From the IMG/VR virus record IMGVR_UViG_3300013117_000027: DNA of 64,000 nt, one strand, 5' to 3'. Below, in pieces: positions 1-11,806 of this stretch (position 1 is its first letter; every line of letters starts with the position of its first letter). The translations under genes were made by a program, and so were the position numbers. Source of the stretch: a virus. The notes beneath the pieces are model-generated. The model was not told the DNA's origin, ran no database searches, and saw nothing but the letters and a program-made list of their open reading frames with translations.

Positions 1-2
1 AT

Positions 3-3000
3 GTTCATCTTGCTCTTGATCAAAGAAATAATAAAGTTAATCCTGATGCACAGAAATTAAACCTAATGAGATCTGCTAGGAATAAGAGAGTATTAGAGTT
101 AAAAGTTATTCAAACAGCTATCAATCTCGCTCTTGCTGGATCAAAATTAGACACAGATCATGGTAAAGATAAGTATTCAGGAACTAATCAACCAGCTTAT
201 TTATCAGACGACAAATCGTTGATAAGTGATACAAGGCTAAGAAGTTCCTTAGAAGGCGCGTCGTATCAACAACTAAGGAAGATGGCAGATCTTATAAGAA
301 AATACTTTAGACATTATACTAACGAAGAACAAATGAAACACGAAGAAGTTATCAATAAAGATACACCAAGTATACGTTTTTTCGAAGAGACTGTATACAC
401 TCTTGTTACACAGTTAATAATCTTAGGAGATGCTATAGCTGAGTTCGAATCTGGTAATCTTACTGTTACGTCATTATTAACCGACATACCTGAGATGGGA
501 TTACTAGATTGGTATAACTGGAGAAATATAGATGATATCAATGATAAGAAAATATCTTTAATGAGTGACTTCTTAGAAGAAGACACTAATAGAACTCGTG
601 GGTATAACCAAAAAATGTTTCCTACATTTAAGGTATTCTTTGTAGAAGAAGATGGTAAGACTATAAGCGTAGATGACTACTACGCTTATAACGCTGTACA
701 GTCTATAGACATTATTAAGAATAAGTATTCAGCATCTTCTACCGCTGTTATAAAATTAGGTAACGTATACGGTAATCTTACTAATAAGATATCTTTAATG
801 AAAGAATCTGATCAGATTCTAGACATACTTCTTAACCAAAGAGATAATAGAATATTCTTAGGAAGTCTAGATATTAAGCCAGGTGTTAAGATAATAGTAA
901 AAATGGGATACGGAGCTAATGATAGAGATCTTAAGATAGTTTTTATCGGTAAGGTAGTAGAGATGAGTGCTGGTCCTATCACTGAGTTAGTAGCTCAATC
1001 TTACGGTGCACAATTATCACATGAGATTACTAAGATGCACTTTGGAGTTCTTAACTCTAGAAAAGAACATGGAGATATAGCATCAGCTGTTTTAGACGCT
1101 ATACCATCATTAGATGGTCTAGGTAAACCATCACTCTTAGGATTAAATCCAGTTAATTATAGTGGAAGACGTAGCGCTTTCTATGATGGAACATTGTTTG
1201 ATAGATTCTTAATGTCTAATATAACTACAAGAGTTAATACCACGTTGTTTCAAGAAGATAATCCTAGAGATGAGAACATATACCTTCCGGTGGATCTGAT
1301 ACCTGATATTACAAAGAACGTTACATTCGACTGGATAGTTTATAATCAAACAGTATGGCAAGCTTTACATGAGTTAAGTCTTTATCACGATAATACTATT
1401 CCTATTATAAGACCTTATAATGATGGTATGTTCTCTACGTTGGATGACGCAAGAGAAACTATTGTAGTAGGTAAGAAGAGTGGGTGGTATAAACACACAG
1501 ATGCATTCAGATATACTACAAGAGATATCGATAAACTAGGTAACCTTATAGATGATTGGAACACTAAGTACTGGAAGTTCTTAATGGAATTAAGACAGAA
1601 GATACAGAAAACTAGAACTTTACTAATAGATGCACCATCTGGCCAAGCAGCTCCAAAAGATGTAATTCTTGCCGAGTACCTTGTTCAAGAAGGATTAATG
1701 AAGAAGGAAGTTCAAGAAGTAAGGAAGACTGGTATTGATGTTACTGTTACTATTACTAATTACTATCCAAGAGGCAAGTTAAAGAATTTACTTGTAGGTC
1801 TGTCTAGTAAACAGTTAGCTCTCGTAGTTACTAAAGCTATAGAAGATAATGCTCCTCAGGTAGACACTAGAAATCTTGGTACTATGCAATTACTCGTAGA
1901 CACTGTAGCTAGAGTTGTTCCAGGTATATGGGAAACTACAGCTAACAAACTAAGAACTTCTATATTAAAAGTAGGATTCAATGAAGCTATAAGTGATAGA
2001 AAAGCTGACGAAGTTATCGTCATGGAAAGTAGAGTATTTCAAAGAGCTAATTCTAGTCCAGGCACACCAACTGTTACTATAAGACATTCTATATTTGATG
2101 TTATACTTAACTTTGGTAGTGTGCCTCGACGATATGAGAATTTTGTACAAAGACTTAATGATCTTAAGCCTTATCAATTCTTAGGTGTGTCTGCTAAGGA
2201 GTTAGATAATAATCAAGATAAATTTGTTAACGATCCAAGATATAGAAAGATTCAACGTCAACATTTAATAACAGATACTAGTGATATTATATCTAACGAG
2301 ATAGTCTTATCTGAAGATTTTAACAACGCCGTGAAGGTATACTATTTATCAGAACCTAAGTTTTATACAGACTTAGGAAGTATAAGTGCTGATGATCAAG
2401 AGAAGTTATCATGGGACACTGTTAAAGCTTTTGGAGATACAAGAGATACAGACGTACGACTTCTAGAAACTTATCAGAAGAACATAGATACAAACTGGTA
2501 TGAGATACGAAAGTACAATGAGGAAGTTCTTGGTAAATATAGTACTATGTATAAGAAGAATAGAGAGTCAGATAATCAAAATAATAAGAACTATAAGATT
2601 ACAATGAACGAATTACCATCTTACAAGAAAGTTGGTATTAATCTTCTTATACGAGAAGTTGAAAAGATGTATAGAGGTAATATAACTATTATAGGAAATC
2701 CAGCTATAGAACCGATGGACATTGTTCATATAGAAGATTCTATGAATAACATGGATGGACCTATAGAGATAGAAGAAGTTATACATTCATTCTCTCCCAC
2801 AACCGGGTACACGACTACACTTACTCCTTCGTTAATAACATACGATAGAGATCCTATAGCTATGAGTGATCTTAGTGTTATACATAGAATACTTACAACT
2901 GCTGAAAGTAAGAGAAGTTCTACAAGGATGTGGGCATTCGCACAAGCAACTGCGGCTGGTATAGCTTCGACGTTCGCTATTGCTGACATAGTAGGTGGAA

Positions 3001-3425
3001 CAAAAATAGGTGGTATTATGACACTTATAGGTACTGTTCCTGCTATGGCATCTTCGTTGTGGAATATGGTTGTAGGTGTAGAGAAAAGATATAACAAGTT
3101 CATATACGATCATATGGCAAATGTGTTCGGACGTGATTGTATAAACTTCTCAGCTTTACACTACAAAGATAAACCTTATATGACAGGTTTTGGTGGTGTA
3201 GACTACACTAATATAAAGACATTAATAAATCACCAATGGCAAGGTCTTGGGGTTATAGAAAGATTAGCAACATCTAATGATGTAGAAGGTAAGTGGATTG
3301 AAAACTCAACATTCTCTAAAGATTTACCAGTATTTAAATATCTTCTTCAGGAAGATGTACCAGTTGTTGGTAAACCGTTATACTATATAATGAAATTCTT
3401 TGGAAACGATTCATGGGGACAATAG
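3..3425 (+). CDS. Large virion structural protein, baseplate hub-like C-terminal region (5'-partial)
   Basis: Frame is open from the window edge. The segment MYRGNITIIGNPAIEPMDIVHIED...IEEVIHSFSPTTGYTTTL resembles gp27/gpD-type hub proteins. It lies upstream of gp25-like and J-like genes. Confidence 0.6.
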   Translation, partial: VHLALDQRNNKVNPDAQKLNLMRSARNKRVLELKVIQTAINLALAGSKLDTDHGKDKYSGTNQPAYLSDDKSLISDTRLRSSLEGASYQQLRKMADLIRKYFRHYTNEEQMKHEEVINKDTPSIRFFEETVYTLVTQLIILGDAIAEFESGNLTVTSLLTDIPEMGLLDWYNWRNIDDINDKKISLMSDFLEEDTNRTRGYNQKMFPTFKVFFVEEDGKTISVDDYYAYNAVQSIDIIKNKYSASSTAVIKLGNVYGNLTNKISLMKESDQILDILLNQRDNRIFLGSLDIKPGVKIIVKMGYGANDRDLKIVFIGKVVEMSAGPITELVAQSYGAQLSHEITKMHFGVLNSRKEHGDIASAVLDAIPSLDGLGKPSLLGLNPVNYSGRRSAFYDGTLFDRFLMSNITTRVNTTLFQEDNPRDENIYLPVDLIPDITKNVTFDWIVYNQTVWQALHELSLYHDNTIPIIRPYNDGMFSTLDDARETIVVGKKSGWYKHTDAFRYTTRDIDKLGNLIDDWNTKYWKFLMELRQKIQKTRTLLIDAPSGQAAPKDVILAEYLVQEGLMKKEVQEVRKTGIDVTVTITNYYPRGKLKNLLVGLSSKQLALVVTKAIEDNAPQVDTRNLGTMQLLVDTVARVVPGIWETTANKLRTSILKVGFNEAISDRKADEVIVMESRVFQRANSSPGTPTVTIRHSIFDVILNFGSVPRRYENFVQRLNDLKPYQFLGVSAKELDNNQDKFVNDPRYRKIQRQHLITDTSDIISNEIVLSEDFNNAVKVYYLSEPKFYTDLGSISADDQEKLSWDTVKAFGDTRDTDVRLLETYQKNIDTNWYEIRKYNEEVLGKYSTMYKKNRESDNQNNKNYKITMNELPSYKKVGINLLIREVEKMYRGNITIIGNPAIEPMDIVHIEDSMNNMDGPIEIEEVIHSFSPTTGYTTTLTPSLITYDRDPIAMSDLSVIHRILTTAESKRSSTRMWAFAQATAAGIASTFAIADIVGGTKIGGIMTLIGTVPAMASSLWNMVVGVEKRYNKFIYDHMANVFGRDCINFSALHYKDKPYMTGFGGVDYTNIKTLINHQWQGLGVIERLATSNDVEGKWIENSTFSKDLPVFKYLLQEDVPVVGKPLYYIMKFFGNDSWGQ

Positions 3426-3436
3426 AAAGGTAAGAA

Positions 3437-4252
3437 ATGGAATATTTAGAAAATAGTCAACTGAAGTTCTTTGTAGCAGAGATAGCTTCTAGTAACTACT
3501 ATAATCAAGAGCAGAATGTTATACGTATAAAACTGCCTATAGATGATACAACATATAAGTACTTTGATATGTACTTTATTCAAAGTGTCGATTTCCCTAA
3601 CCCGGACGATCATCACGCCTTAGTTGCTACAAATCCTGATGTTATAACAGGCTTAAAGAATGCTATATTAGATGGAGACGATAGACTAGAATTAATGCCT
3701 GGTTATAAAGATCAACAGACACTAAACGAACAGATAACGTTCGGGTTTGTATGGTTAATTAATAAGAGACTTAAAACTTCTACAACAGGTTCTAATGATG
3801 GTAGTGCGGGTATGCATAATCAGAACGCATCCTCTACAACAGATACATCCAAACTTAAGTATTCGATATCTCCATCGTTAGCTAGAGACTATACTACTAC
3901 ACGAGGTAGTTCAAGAGACAACTATAATAACGAGAATATAGGTCTATTTATTACTGATAATTCTGTCACATTAAAGTCTTCTGAAGCTTCTCTAGTATTA
4001 GGACCAGACGGTATGTCTTTACTAGGACCGAAATTTGAAAGTAATACAAAAGGCGGGAAAGGCATGATGGCAGACAATCCTTTCTGTGGATGGTTCCCAT
4101 CTACGATAATGACTATACCGTTAGGTATAGAGTACATACCTAACTTTAACTATATTCTGAGTATAGGAAGTGCATGTCAACGACTTAATAAAGGGATGGC
4201 TACAATAGGTAAGGTTACCAAGAATGTTACTAACTTTATAAGGAGAAAATAA
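3437..4252 (+). CDS. Putative baseplate spike/gpV-position protein
   Basis: Synteny between hub-like and gp25-like genes; short beta-strand run IGLFITDNSVTLKSSEASLVLGPDGMSLLG. Confidence 0.4.
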   Translation: MEYLENSQLKFFVAEIASSNYYNQEQNVIRIKLPIDDTTYKYFDMYFIQSVDFPNPDDHHALVATNPDVITGLKNAILDGDDRLELMPGYKDQQTLNEQITFGFVWLINKRLKTSTTGSNDGSAGMHNQNASSTTDTSKLKYSISPSLARDYTTTRGSSRDNYNNENIGLFITDNSVTLKSSEASLVLGPDGMSLLGPKFESNTKGGKGMMADNPFCGWFPSTIMTIPLGIEYIPNFNYILSIGSACQRLNKGMATIGKVTKNVTNFIRRK

Positions 4253-4761
4253 TGGATTTATTCGGAGGACGAGTAGATGTACATATGTCTTATGATGGAG
4301 ATCTAGAGTTTGAACAAGGCGATATCAAGTTGGTACGTGGTATAGATTATATAAAGCATCTTATATACAAGGTTCTTACAACAGAAAAAGGTGATTGGAA
4401 AATATATCCTCAAGAAGGTGGAAGTCCTGTAGTATTCTTAGGTGAACAAAACACTAGGGATACAGCTAAGTTACTAGAAGGACATTTAGTATCGTCATTA
4501 TCAGAATACGTTTTACCAGCTACAGTAGAAGCCAGAGTAGTTCCTATATCTCATGACTCAGTAAAGTGTTACGTTGATATTATTATATTAGGTCTTACTA
4601 TTGCACAAGTTCCATTTATGCTTGATTATATTAACGGTATAAAGTATGAAGACTTTGACGAGACAGTAGATACGGTAGTCGCATCTAAAGAGCACAGACC
4701 GAACGATAATCGTTCGCTCACAAATCCTAATCCGTATCTAGATAGAATAAGGAGACAATAA
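4252..4761 (+). CDS. gp25/gpW-like baseplate wedge protein
   Basis: 169 aa with a DLEFEQGDIKLVRG..LTTEKGDW..YP..G pattern; immediately upstream of baseplate J. Confidence 0.7.
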   Translation: MDLFGGRVDVHMSYDGDLEFEQGDIKLVRGIDYIKHLIYKVLTTEKGDWKIYPQEGGSPVVFLGEQNTRDTAKLLEGHLVSSLSEYVLPATVEARVVPISHDSVKCYVDIIILGLTIAQVPFMLDYINGIKYEDFDETVDTVVASKEHRPNDNRSLTNPNPYLDRIRRQ

Positions 4762-6026
4762 TGGCAACACGCAGAAACTTCATAGACGTACAGAATGACG
4801 CAAAGTATAGGTTAGAGAACTTCACACCTGTAACATCTTTCGAGAATCTAAGTACTTCTATGACTCTTATAAATATACTTAGTAACGAGACAGAGAAGTT
4901 GTATGATGAAGCTGAGTATCTTTTCAGTATAAATGATATAACAAGAGCTTATGGTAGAGATCTCGATAATATAGGAAGGATTATAGGATCCGAACGAGGG
5001 GATGCTACCACATCTAATGATATGACATATACTAATTTCTATTTTTATCTTGACACGAGGTTAGGAATAGATATAGGTACGTTAATCGATAGAGTTTATC
5101 CTACAAGTACTCACTATAATATTAGACAAAGATTAGAAGATCAAGGTTATATAGATAATAAAGATGTTCCTACTCAGTTAAAACTTCCTAGAGGTATGTA
5201 CGTGTCCAGCGACGATAGACGTATACTTTATACTACAGTTGAAGACGCTTATCTAACAAATGATTCTAACGAGGTATACGTTCCTGTCATAGCAACCGCT
5301 ACAGGATCCGGACAGAATGTTGGAGCTAATGTTATTATAAAGCATTCTCTTAACGAGGTTAATATTATAAAAGATCTATCTAAGTATATACTTTGTACTA
5401 ATAGATTCCCTATTACAAACGGATCGAATACTGTAAGTGATGATGACTATAGATATAATATGTCTATTAGTAGAATAAACCTTGGTGCGAACGAGGTAGC
5501 TATACGACAAGCCGCTCTTTCTGTACCAGGTGTTAGAAACGTTCTGTTTGAGCGCGCAAGATTTGGTAATGGTACATTTAATCTTATAGTAGAAGGTGTT
5601 AGTCCTCTTGTATCAGAAGGTCTTGTTACTACAGTAAAAGAGAGAGTCCAAAGTATCGTAGGTGGAGACTCAGTATATGTTCACAGACCTGAGTACATAG
5701 GCGTTGAACTGAACTTAGATCTTATTACAGAGGTAGGTACAGATACTGATCTGTTAAGAGAGACTGTTAGAAATGATATTATATCATATATAAATGATAC
5801 TACTATAGGCGGAAGACTTATATGGAACCAATTAGTAGATATTATTATAAGAGAGGGCGTTATAGACTTTGTTCTATCTTACTACAAGTTCGGAGAATAT
5901 GACATCTTTAACAAGATAAACCTTAACCAAATAGTATTAAGACCTTCTAATCAAGGTGCTAATTATAACGAGAAATTTTATATTGATGCGGGATTGTGTT
6001 CCATCTGTGTTAGGGAGCAGGGTTAA
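4761..6026 (+). CDS. Baseplate J-like protein
   Basis: Motifs RAYGRDLDNIG, VPVIATATGSGQNVGAN, NGSNTVSDDDYR, ALSVPGVRNV. Confidence 0.85.
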   Translation: MATRRNFIDVQNDAKYRLENFTPVTSFENLSTSMTLINILSNETEKLYDEAEYLFSINDITRAYGRDLDNIGRIIGSERGDATTSNDMTYTNFYFYLDTRLGIDIGTLIDRVYPTSTHYNIRQRLEDQGYIDNKDVPTQLKLPRGMYVSSDDRRILYTTVEDAYLTNDSNEVYVPVIATATGSGQNVGANVIIKHSLNEVNIIKDLSKYILCTNRFPITNGSNTVSDDDYRYNMSISRINLGANEVAIRQAALSVPGVRNVLFERARFGNGTFNLIVEGVSPLVSEGLVTTVKERVQSIVGGDSVYVHRPEYIGVELNLDLITEVGTDTDLLRETVRNDIISYINDTTIGGRLIWNQLVDIIIREGVIDFVLSYYKFGEYDIFNKINLNQIVLRPSNQGANYNEKFYIDAGLCSICVREQG

Positions 6027-6029
6027 TGA

Positions 6030-8309
6030 ATGAACGGTAAGAATGTATATTTTTCTAATAACACTGGTAGGATTATCAATGCTGTTGTTCCTGAACACTT
6101 TAAGATGGCCAGTGACAAGACCTCTAATGGGTACAAGTATGTAAATCTTCTCTACACTATAGAAGTAGATTTACTGTACGATTATCTAGATGACGCTAGG
6201 TATAGTAATAGTCTTGAATATTTTGACTACGGAACAGACTATGATTATTTCGAGGTTACTCTTAACGAGAATGTTATTAGTGATACTGTTTATGGTGACA
6301 ATATACCTATTAAGATAACTACACAACAAGAGTTTAATGACGGATTTCCTACGCGATTTAATATTGAATCTATTATACCAGTAAGTGGAGTAAGTTATGG
6401 CGCGTTAGGAATAGAGTACGTAAGAAAAACAGCTGAGGGTTCTGGTGTTCTTCTTATTAATACTGACGTAGACGCTTCTGAAATATTTCCTTCTGGTTAT
6501 CAAACTATATCAATCAATATAGATCCTGTCGGAAGAGGTGTGTATGGTTCACCTTTATCTGGTTATAACTTTTTGGTAAGAGAACAGTCTTACGATGTAG
6601 CAGGTAATGATGAGATAATAGTCCCTCCTACAAGGCAAGAACTCTTACAGTTATATCCTGAACAAAAAAAGATATGGGCCCAGTCTGGTGTAAGTGAGTT
6701 TTCTTATAACTATTGGGTTGATCATTATACTCCTAACAATGGAGCAGTGTGGAATGACACTTTAAAAACTTGGGAAGCGCGCGGATATTCAGAAGATTAT
6801 TATCTTGATATGAATAATAACAAGGTGTACTATCGTACGTTTCTTAACAATCCACATGGTACAGGTAATTATAATGAAACGTATATGCCTTTAAAGTATG
6901 TTCCTATTAGTGGGACGTTTAAACTTTATGATCTAGATATACTTCAAAGTGGACAGCTCGTCAATATAGATGCATCAGGAACTACATTGTACATACATAG
7001 TGGTATGTATGACTTTAGTCAGTTCGATGATAGAGATGAATGGTTCTCTCCTTACAAAGGTTATGATGAAAATGTTCCTCATGAATTTATTCCTAATGGT
7101 TACAAAGAGTTAAATCCTACAGGAGTTCTTCCTGCGATTCCTTACCAAGAAGTATCTTGGGAGTTACAACACGAAGGTGCAAGAGTAGGAGACGATTTTA
7201 CATGGCAAGACGACGATACAGAACCTATTACTAATATGCTTAAGATTAAGAATGGCCAGAGTAGGTATATAGCAGAGTACTTTTATAAGATAGCTAATAA
7301 GATAGGTTACCTAACAACATTAGATTCTACCAAGTATATACGTTATGGTAATGGTAACTATACTTTCTCTATACAAGATATTACTAACAATAGACAAGAG
7401 TTTGATGTATCTTTATCCAAAGATCCTACAGATAGGAAAGCAGCTTGCTTTCATGGACTTCTTGTAAGACCATTTAGTACTATTGATCAATTAAACGTTA
7501 CTTTCGACGTTGCATCAGATCCATTAGATCTTCAGGACTCTAGTATAAATATTTACGCAAGAGCACCTAAAGTTGGAACATCTTACAGCGAGATAAAACC
7601 TATTATACATGATAAACGAACTTATATGTTTAATAAACATTGGGGAGATGTTGATCTTTCTGGAGTAGTAGATCTTCATCAAGCTACAAATGATATAGTT
7701 TCTAGTGTACCATATGGTACATATAAAGGTGTATCGCTTATACACGTTGACACTAGCGAGAATACTTACTATGAAACAATAGGTCAGTATTCTGGTTATA
7801 TGGATCTTATAACAGAAACTTCTACTAATTCTAATAGATATGTTAAGATGGGATTTAAGGTAACAAAGAGAGTTGGTGATGTAGGTGAGCAAATGCTAGC
7901 AATGTCATGTAATTCAAGCGGAGAGTTTTGGGCACTAGATCTACTTCCTAATGGAAGATTTAGAGTTAGGGATAATCTTAATACACTTATAAGTTATGAC
8001 GGTATATTTGAAGAAGGAGATAACTTTGAAAGAGAACTTATTCTTGAGCGCGATACTGATTATGATTATGGTCCAGGTTTATATCCTTACCGACTTTATA
8101 CAAGATCAACAGATACTAATCAAAGAGTAGCAGATAGTAGAAAAGATATATTTACTCAACATGGATTTGACTTAAGCGTTAACGCAAATGATCCTTCTGG
8201 AATTGTTGGTGATGTGTACGACTTTACTAAGTTATTTTACAATACATGTACTGACATAGAATATGTACAAATTTATGAAGAATCAAGGGAGTTCGTAGAT
8301 GGCCAATAA
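6030..8309 (+). CDS. Virion structural protein (baseplate/tail), Ser-Gly rich
   Basis: 759 aa, directly follows baseplate J; acidic and aromatic composition; about 13 SG dipeptides. Confidence 0.55.
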   Translation: MNGKNVYFSNNTGRIINAVVPEHFKMASDKTSNGYKYVNLLYTIEVDLLYDYLDDARYSNSLEYFDYGTDYDYFEVTLNENVISDTVYGDNIPIKITTQQEFNDGFPTRFNIESIIPVSGVSYGALGIEYVRKTAEGSGVLLINTDVDASEIFPSGYQTISINIDPVGRGVYGSPLSGYNFLVREQSYDVAGNDEIIVPPTRQELLQLYPEQKKIWAQSGVSEFSYNYWVDHYTPNNGAVWNDTLKTWEARGYSEDYYLDMNNNKVYYRTFLNNPHGTGNYNETYMPLKYVPISGTFKLYDLDILQSGQLVNIDASGTTLYIHSGMYDFSQFDDRDEWFSPYKGYDENVPHEFIPNGYKELNPTGVLPAIPYQEVSWELQHEGARVGDDFTWQDDDTEPITNMLKIKNGQSRYIAEYFYKIANKIGYLTTLDSTKYIRYGNGNYTFSIQDITNNRQEFDVSLSKDPTDRKAACFHGLLVRPFSTIDQLNVTFDVASDPLDLQDSSINIYARAPKVGTSYSEIKPIIHDKRTYMFNKHWGDVDLSGVVDLHQATNDIVSSVPYGTYKGVSLIHVDTSENTYYETIGQYSGYMDLITETSTNSNRYVKMGFKVTKRVGDVGEQMLAMSCNSSGEFWALDLLPNGRFRVRDNLNTLISYDGIFEEGDNFERELILERDTDYDYGPGLYPYRLYTRSTDTNQRVADSRKDIFTQHGFDLSVNANDPSGIVGDVYDFTKLFYNTCTDIEYVQIYEESREFVDGQ

Positions 8310-10527
8310 AGATATATTTGTTAGAGCAGTAGCATCAGGAGACGGAACAGGTCTCGACTGGTATAATGCTTATACTACATTACAAGATGCTCTTACAGAG
8401 GCAATGGCTGAGCCTGCAGCTAACACAGTTAACGTATATGTTGATGATGATATTTACACGTTGGCTTCTCTTACAGTCAGTCATAACTCAATTAATCTGT
8501 ATGGTGGTAATATTCTTACTGCTGACGTTGTTGTGTCTGGATATAATGAGATACCTGTTGGTACAACTTTTAAAAGTATTGTTTACCTAGAAGACTCAGT
8601 GTACGTACAAAGTGGTGTATTTATAACAGATTCTGTTAGGTTTATTAACTCTTCTGGAGGCTACGCTATCCAAGGTGAAGATCTTACTGACATACTTCTG
8701 AAGAAAGTTAACTTTGAAACAGACTACGGTATTGATACTAGTGGTAATCTTAGATGTGAGTTCATAAATGCTATATCGTATACTCCTCAGGAGTATACAT
8801 ATGGATTTGGAGGTTCTTACATAGCAGAGTCTGGATATTCGGACGCATTGTCTGGCAACATATTTATTAATAGTGTCGGAGAAGAGACAGTAGTTAATAA
8901 TTCCTCAATGATAGGTTACTATAACACTATAGTATTTAATGGTATCAACGACAATGAATGTATTATAGACGACGTACTTATAAAGCAGGCATCTAATGGT
9001 ATAGTTTATCAATCAGTGGGCGGTAGTGGTACATTGCGTACCAATAATATCGTTATATACGATACAGATAAATCTTTCTTATTTAAAGATACTACTATAT
9101 CAGGTGGATTAAACGGAGAGATAGGTAACTGTACATTATATACACCTTATTCATTCTCTATATCTCCTATGATAACAGGTCTTATACAGATAACAGATTC
9201 TATAATGTCCGGCGAAATGATCTACGGAGACGGTTCTCTTACTCTTACTACAGAGTACACTTTATTAGATACTACTCCCAGTGGTTACGGATTTGTTCCT
9301 GGAACAGGTATAGTCTATGGAGATCCTAAGTATATAGATGTAACAAAAGGTGACTTCAGTCTTGGAATAGGTACTGCTGACGATAGAGTATCATCTGATG
9401 GTCTTAATGTGGGATCTTATACAGAGATAGGAAGAAGTATACAATTGTCTGACTCCAAAGGATTTAGATTATCAGATTCAAGTGTAGAAGGATATGATAT
9501 GTTCTTACATAAGAGCGACGAGACCGTCGTATGGTCAGATCATATGAAAGAGATTCCTATGGCCACATTTAGAGATAATAATGGTACGTTATCGTATGTT
9601 TATAATCATACTACTACAGTAGTATTGTCTGGTGTTGTTACTATTCCTGCATTTTCTAGAGAACCTTCTTTAAACGATTGGATGTACGAATGGGACTATG
9701 AGATAATGAACAGTCCTGGTATCGAGAATAATCCTAGGATCATTCCTAAGTCTATTATAGATATTACAAATATCTTACAGAATATAGACTACGGTAAGAA
9801 TAAATCTAATATAAGCGTAAGAGCATTTAAGAATATAGATAATAGAGGCATTAGTTATGACTATGACTCTTCTAACAATACAAGTAAAATCGTATGGTCT
9901 TTGGATGGAGATCAGATGTTAACAAAGACAGACTTTTGGAACGGAAACGTTATAGATAAGTATCCACTTGTTCCTCCTATTCATCCTTCTGGTGAGAAAT
10001 TATTTATTAAACCTTCTGGACTTATACCTTATGGAGTTAATAAATATGTGACAGAGGATGATCCTGATACTATCCTAGAAAGTGTAAATGATGACGGTTC
10101 GTTTGAATGGTTATCTACAGAGAAACATAGGAAGTGGGATTTAAAAGGTATTTTAACTCATAAGGGAACTATGTATGTAACAGCATCTTTTGCTGACCAA
10201 GCATCTACAACTCCTTACGTTCTAATATATCCTAGTAGAGGTTACTATGCTGATTATCAATGTCCTGATCCTACAAAGTTAGAATTACACGATGATAACA
10301 ATGATCCAAGAGGCATAACTGTTTATGAAGACGGAAGCATTCTTATTAGCAACTACGATGTTATGTCATCCGGAATTGCTAACTATGTGAATATATTTCA
10401 CTATAAGCCATGCTTTGACTATGCTTTAAAAGAAAATAATAACTATATGAATACAAAACTTATACTTCGTGAGGCTTATGACGAAGTAACATTAGAACAG
10501 GCATTAGAAGAGCCTGATACACCATAA
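8299..10527 (+). CDS. Tail-associated protein with right-handed beta-helix (pectin-lyase-like) N-terminal domain
   Basis: N-terminal IFVRAVASGDGTGLDWYNAYTTLQDAL and closing GDPKYIDVTKGDFSL are typical beta-helix caps; propeller-like C-terminus (DPRGITVYEDGSILISN). Confidence 0.6.
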   Translation: MANKDIFVRAVASGDGTGLDWYNAYTTLQDALTEAMAEPAANTVNVYVDDDIYTLASLTVSHNSINLYGGNILTADVVVSGYNEIPVGTTFKSIVYLEDSVYVQSGVFITDSVRFINSSGGYAIQGEDLTDILLKKVNFETDYGIDTSGNLRCEFINAISYTPQEYTYGFGGSYIAESGYSDALSGNIFINSVGEETVVNNSSMIGYYNTIVFNGINDNECIIDDVLIKQASNGIVYQSVGGSGTLRTNNIVIYDTDKSFLFKDTTISGGLNGEIGNCTLYTPYSFSISPMITGLIQITDSIMSGEMIYGDGSLTLTTEYTLLDTTPSGYGFVPGTGIVYGDPKYIDVTKGDFSLGIGTADDRVSSDGLNVGSYTEIGRSIQLSDSKGFRLSDSSVEGYDMFLHKSDETVVWSDHMKEIPMATFRDNNGTLSYVYNHTTTVVLSGVVTIPAFSREPSLNDWMYEWDYEIMNSPGIENNPRIIPKSIIDITNILQNIDYGKNKSNISVRAFKNIDNRGISYDYDSSNNTSKIVWSLDGDQMLTKTDFWNGNVIDKYPLVPPIHPSGEKLFIKPSGLIPYGVNKYVTEDDPDTILESVNDDGSFEWLSTEKHRKWDLKGILTHKGTMYVTASFADQASTTPYVLIYPSRGYYADYQCPDPTKLELHDDNNDPRGITVYEDGSILISNYDVMSSGIANYVNIFHYKPCFDYALKENNNYMNTKLILREAYDEVTLEQALEEPDTP

Positions 10528-10537
10528 GGAGATTAAG

Positions 10538-11797
10538 ATGGCATATCCACAAGGTAACGCATCTCAAAATATGGACTTAGGGATTTACTCGTCTGACTTT
10601 AGTCCTGATATAACCGTAGCTGGTATAGTAGATAATCATACAACTGTAAATAAGTTAGGATTACGTAATTCATTAGGTAACCAAATTTCGTTGCTACAAA
10701 ATTTTGTATGTGAGCAATATTTAGGACGTCTATCTAGTCCTGTTGGTAGTGGATATATAAACTATCTAAGAGGTGGTCAGTATAGTAATATACATTACGG
10801 TATAGATCCAACAGGTACAGGTTCTTATACTTATGCTGAACCTGGTATCCTAATGACGAAGTATGTATACGATACTTCTACAAGTGGGGTAACTATAAGT
10901 GAGAGTGATATTAACTCTTATAGAACAATAGGAACAAGAACTTATCAAAGTAAAGCAAATGGTAGTTGGATCCAATTAAACGACTACGCAACAGATGGTA
11001 CATGGTCACAATGGGGCTCTGGACTTTTAAAAATGGTTGCAGGATATGGTAACGATAGTTCTAACTTTTCTAGTTTTATAATGAAATCTACAGGAGATAT
11101 CATCTTAGATACTGGTCCAGATCCTTACACATCAGAGGTAATAATAAGTGGTAATCTTTCCCTCCCTACAGTTAATGCTACAATGACTATACATAATGAC
11201 TTCGGTAATAATCAATTATTTATGGACGGAGCCACATTCGCACTTAATAACTATTCTACAGGCAATAATACACAACTATTTCCTAGTTCAATACAGATGA
11301 CACAAAATGCATCTATATACGGATTTAATAATTTTGCTTTGAACGGTAACGGTCCTATTATACTTAACTCAGAACGAGGATCTTTCAATGAATCTTATCT
11401 TACTATGAGTGGTGAGAATATATATATTCAAGCTGATAGAATGTTCTTAGAAGGTGAAGTATATATAAGTGGTACATTGTATAGTGATGGGGATAACAAT
11501 ATAATGCTTAGACAAAATCCTTTGATATCTTTATCACAACAAGCTTATACGTCTGTAGCAGCAGGAAATATTCTTGTAGGTTCAGGTACTACAAGCTACA
11601 TGACTTTAAAATTTGAAGAAACAGAACCTGATACAATAGAGATATACGGAAGAAATCACTTAAGATTAGGCGCACTACAAAACTTACTGTTAGGATACAA
11701 TACTAATATAATCATAGAAGGTGGACTACCATCATCTGATCCATCTGTATCAGGTGCGTTGTATGAGTCATCTGGTGTAGTAATGATCTCATTATAA
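10538..11797 (+). CDS. Putative tail fibre/spike protein
   Basis: G/S/N/T-rich beta repeats; C-terminal LPSSDPSVSGALYESSGVVMISL resembles a common phage fibre-tip motif; GGAG RBS. Confidence 0.5.
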   Translation: MAYPQGNASQNMDLGIYSSDFSPDITVAGIVDNHTTVNKLGLRNSLGNQISLLQNFVCEQYLGRLSSPVGSGYINYLRGGQYSNIHYGIDPTGTGSYTYAEPGILMTKYVYDTSTSGVTISESDINSYRTIGTRTYQSKANGSWIQLNDYATDGTWSQWGSGLLKMVAGYGNDSSNFSSFIMKSTGDIILDTGPDPYTSEVIISGNLSLPTVNATMTIHNDFGNNQLFMDGATFALNNYSTGNNTQLFPSSIQMTQNASIYGFNNFALNGNGPIILNSERGSFNESYLTMSGENIYIQADRMFLEGEVYISGTLYSDGDNNIMLRQNPLISLSQQAYTSVAAGNILVGSGTTSYMTLKFEETEPDTIEIYGRNHLRLGALQNLLLGYNTNIIIEGGLPSSDPSVSGALYESSGVVMISL

Positions 11798-11806
11798 GGA
11801 GTATAA